Assembly (NCBI GenBank): GCA_043750125.1
Contig: JAYVCD010000296.1
Span: 1-16,129 of the forward strand
DNA: 16,129 bases
Origin: Archangiaceae bacterium
Lineage (GTDB): Bacteria > Myxococcota > Myxococcia > Myxococcales > Myxococcaceae
Direction of reading: 5' to 3'
Part shown: positions 15,061 through 16,129 of the stretch, piece by piece
Position numbering within the stretch: position 1 is the first letter of the stretch
Layout of the letters: each line of letters opens with the position of its first letter
Notes under the pieces: generated by a model
What the model was told of the DNA's origin: nothing
The model's input: the letters and a program-made list of their open reading frames with translations, nothing else
The model's database searches: none
Position numbers and translations under genes: made by a program

Positions 15061-16129
15061 ATGCCAACCAAACTCCTCCCGTCGACTTTTTTGCTGACCC
15101 TTTTTGCGTTGGCCGCGCACGCCGGCTCGACGCCCGCTGCCGACGAGGCCTACCAGGACGCCAAGAGCGCCAGCGCAAAGCTGAAGGGGGACGAGGCCCG
15201 GCGGAAATTTCGGCACCACTGGCTCAACGTGACCCAGAAGTTCCAGAAGGTCGTAAGCAAGTGGCCGAAGTCGGATCGCGCTCCCGAAGCGCTCTTCAAT
15301 GTGGCCGAGCTCTCTTCCGAGCTGTCCCGATTTTCGCAAGACCCTGAAGATCTGGCGGCCAGCGAGACGGCCTACCGCAAGCTGACCGAAGGCTGGCCCC
15401 ACCACAAGCTGGGGGACGATGCGGCGCTGGCCCTGGCCCACCTGCTCGCCGAGCGCCACCACGATTCGGCCGGAGCCCGCGCGGCGATCGAGGCCTCGCT
15501 GGAAAATGGAGGCGGCGATCGCAAGACCCAGCTCAATGCGCTGCTCGCCACGCTGCCGAAACCCGCTGCCCGAGCTCCGGCCCCGGTGGCCCGGCCGAGC
15601 GTCGCCGACGCGATTGCCCGGGCTGGGCGCAAAGACGACTTCAAGAGCGCTGTACCCCCGCGCAAGCCGGTGAGGATCGCCACCGAGCTCGAAGAGGAAG
15701 ACCCGTTGATCAAGCCCAGTGCCCACGGGCGCAGGGCGGCGGTCGCGCGGCCCGAGCGTGAAGAGGAAGCGTCTCCACCCGTGGCCGACGAGCCCGGGGG
15801 CACCGATGCGGTGATCGAGGGGCTGAAGCTGCCGACGCTTTCGAACCTGCAAGAACGGTTGCGCGATGTTCGAGTCGGCGCTCGGCCTCTGCCGAATTCC
15901 GACGCGACCTTGACCCAGCGGCTCAAGCAAGCTGCGCGTGATGGACACAGCGCCGAGTTCACCCTTGCCGAGCAGCTGGGTCTGAAGATGCGCCGGGTGG
16001 TGATCGACGCGGGCCATGGCGGGCACGACACCGGAGCCATTGGCCCCACCGGCTTGCTCGAGAAAGACGTGGCGCTGGCGATCGCGCTGCAGGTTGCCAA
16101 GAGGCTCGCCGCCGCAGGGCTCGAAGTGG
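15061..16129 (+). CDS. amiC: N-acetylmuramoyl-L-alanine amidase (Amidase_3, AmiC-like) with N-terminal TPR-like domain; partial, runs off the right edge
   Basis: Manual translation: signal peptide MPTKLLPSTFLLTLFALAAHA; TPR/YfiO-like repeats KWPKSDRAPEALF and WPHHKLGDDAALALA; Pro/Ala/Glu linker; then RRVVIDAGHGGHDTGAIGPTGLLEKDVALAIA, carrying the Zn-ligand His and Glu of Amidase_3. Confidence 0.93.
   Translation, partial: MPTKLLPSTFLLTLFALAAHAGSTPAADEAYQDAKSASAKLKGDEARRKFRHHWLNVTQKFQKVVSKWPKSDRAPEALFNVAELSSELSRFSQDPEDLAASETAYRKLTEGWPHHKLGDDAALALAHLLAERHHDSAGARAAIEASLENGGGDRKTQLNALLATLPKPAARAPAPVARPSVADAIARAGRKDDFKSAVPPRKPVRIATELEEEDPLIKPSAHGRRAAVARPEREEEASPPVADEPGGTDAVIEGLKLPTLSNLQERLRDVRVGARPLPNSDATLTQRLKQAARDGHSAEFTLAEQLGLKMRRVVIDAGHGGHDTGAIGPTGLLEKDVALAIALQVAKRLAAAGLEV

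Noticed and set aside
14993-15178. 62-aa Arg-rich N-terminal extension of the 14237-15178 ORF
   Set aside because: It would overlap the signal-peptide region of the amidase gene on the other strand.
1-16129. CRISPR array, tRNA/rRNA, IS or integrase
   Set aside because: The window is almost fully protein-coding, the largest gaps are about 120 nt, and I saw no periodic DNA repeats or transposase/recombinase motifs.

Overview
A GC-rich bacterial window, probably Myxococcota (inferred from gene content and protein style). It contains: (1) a partial AarF/UbiB (ABC1) kinase on the minus strand, missing from the ORF track; (2) a divergent secreted protein with about 20 C-x7-C Sel1/Hcp-type repeats; (3) a tight minus-strand three-gene run of a basic Ala/Gly/Lys-rich protein with a hydrophobic C-terminus, a trigger-factor paralogue lacking the ribosome-binding domain and a signal-less BtuF-like protein, preceded by a perfect sigma-28-type -10 box (GCCGATAA); (4) a divergent repair operon of YhaO/SbcD-like nuclease, YhaN-like SMC/Rad50-type ATPase, mutS and a membrane-protein gene broken at two poly-G tracts; (5) a minus-strand protein resembling a catalytically dead CHAP/NlpC-P60-like domain, divergent from (6) a partial TPR-containing N-acetylmuramoyl-L-alanine amidase, also missing from the ORF track. 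The best candidate for an undescribed system is the sigma-28-type promoter plus amphipathic protein plus dedicated ribosome-free trigger factor. Next are the YhaO-YhaN-MutS module with possible sliding-clamp motifs and the pseudo-amidase/amidase pair. I saw no RNA genes, CRISPR arrays or mobile elements. All family calls are by-eye motif recognition; no searches were run.
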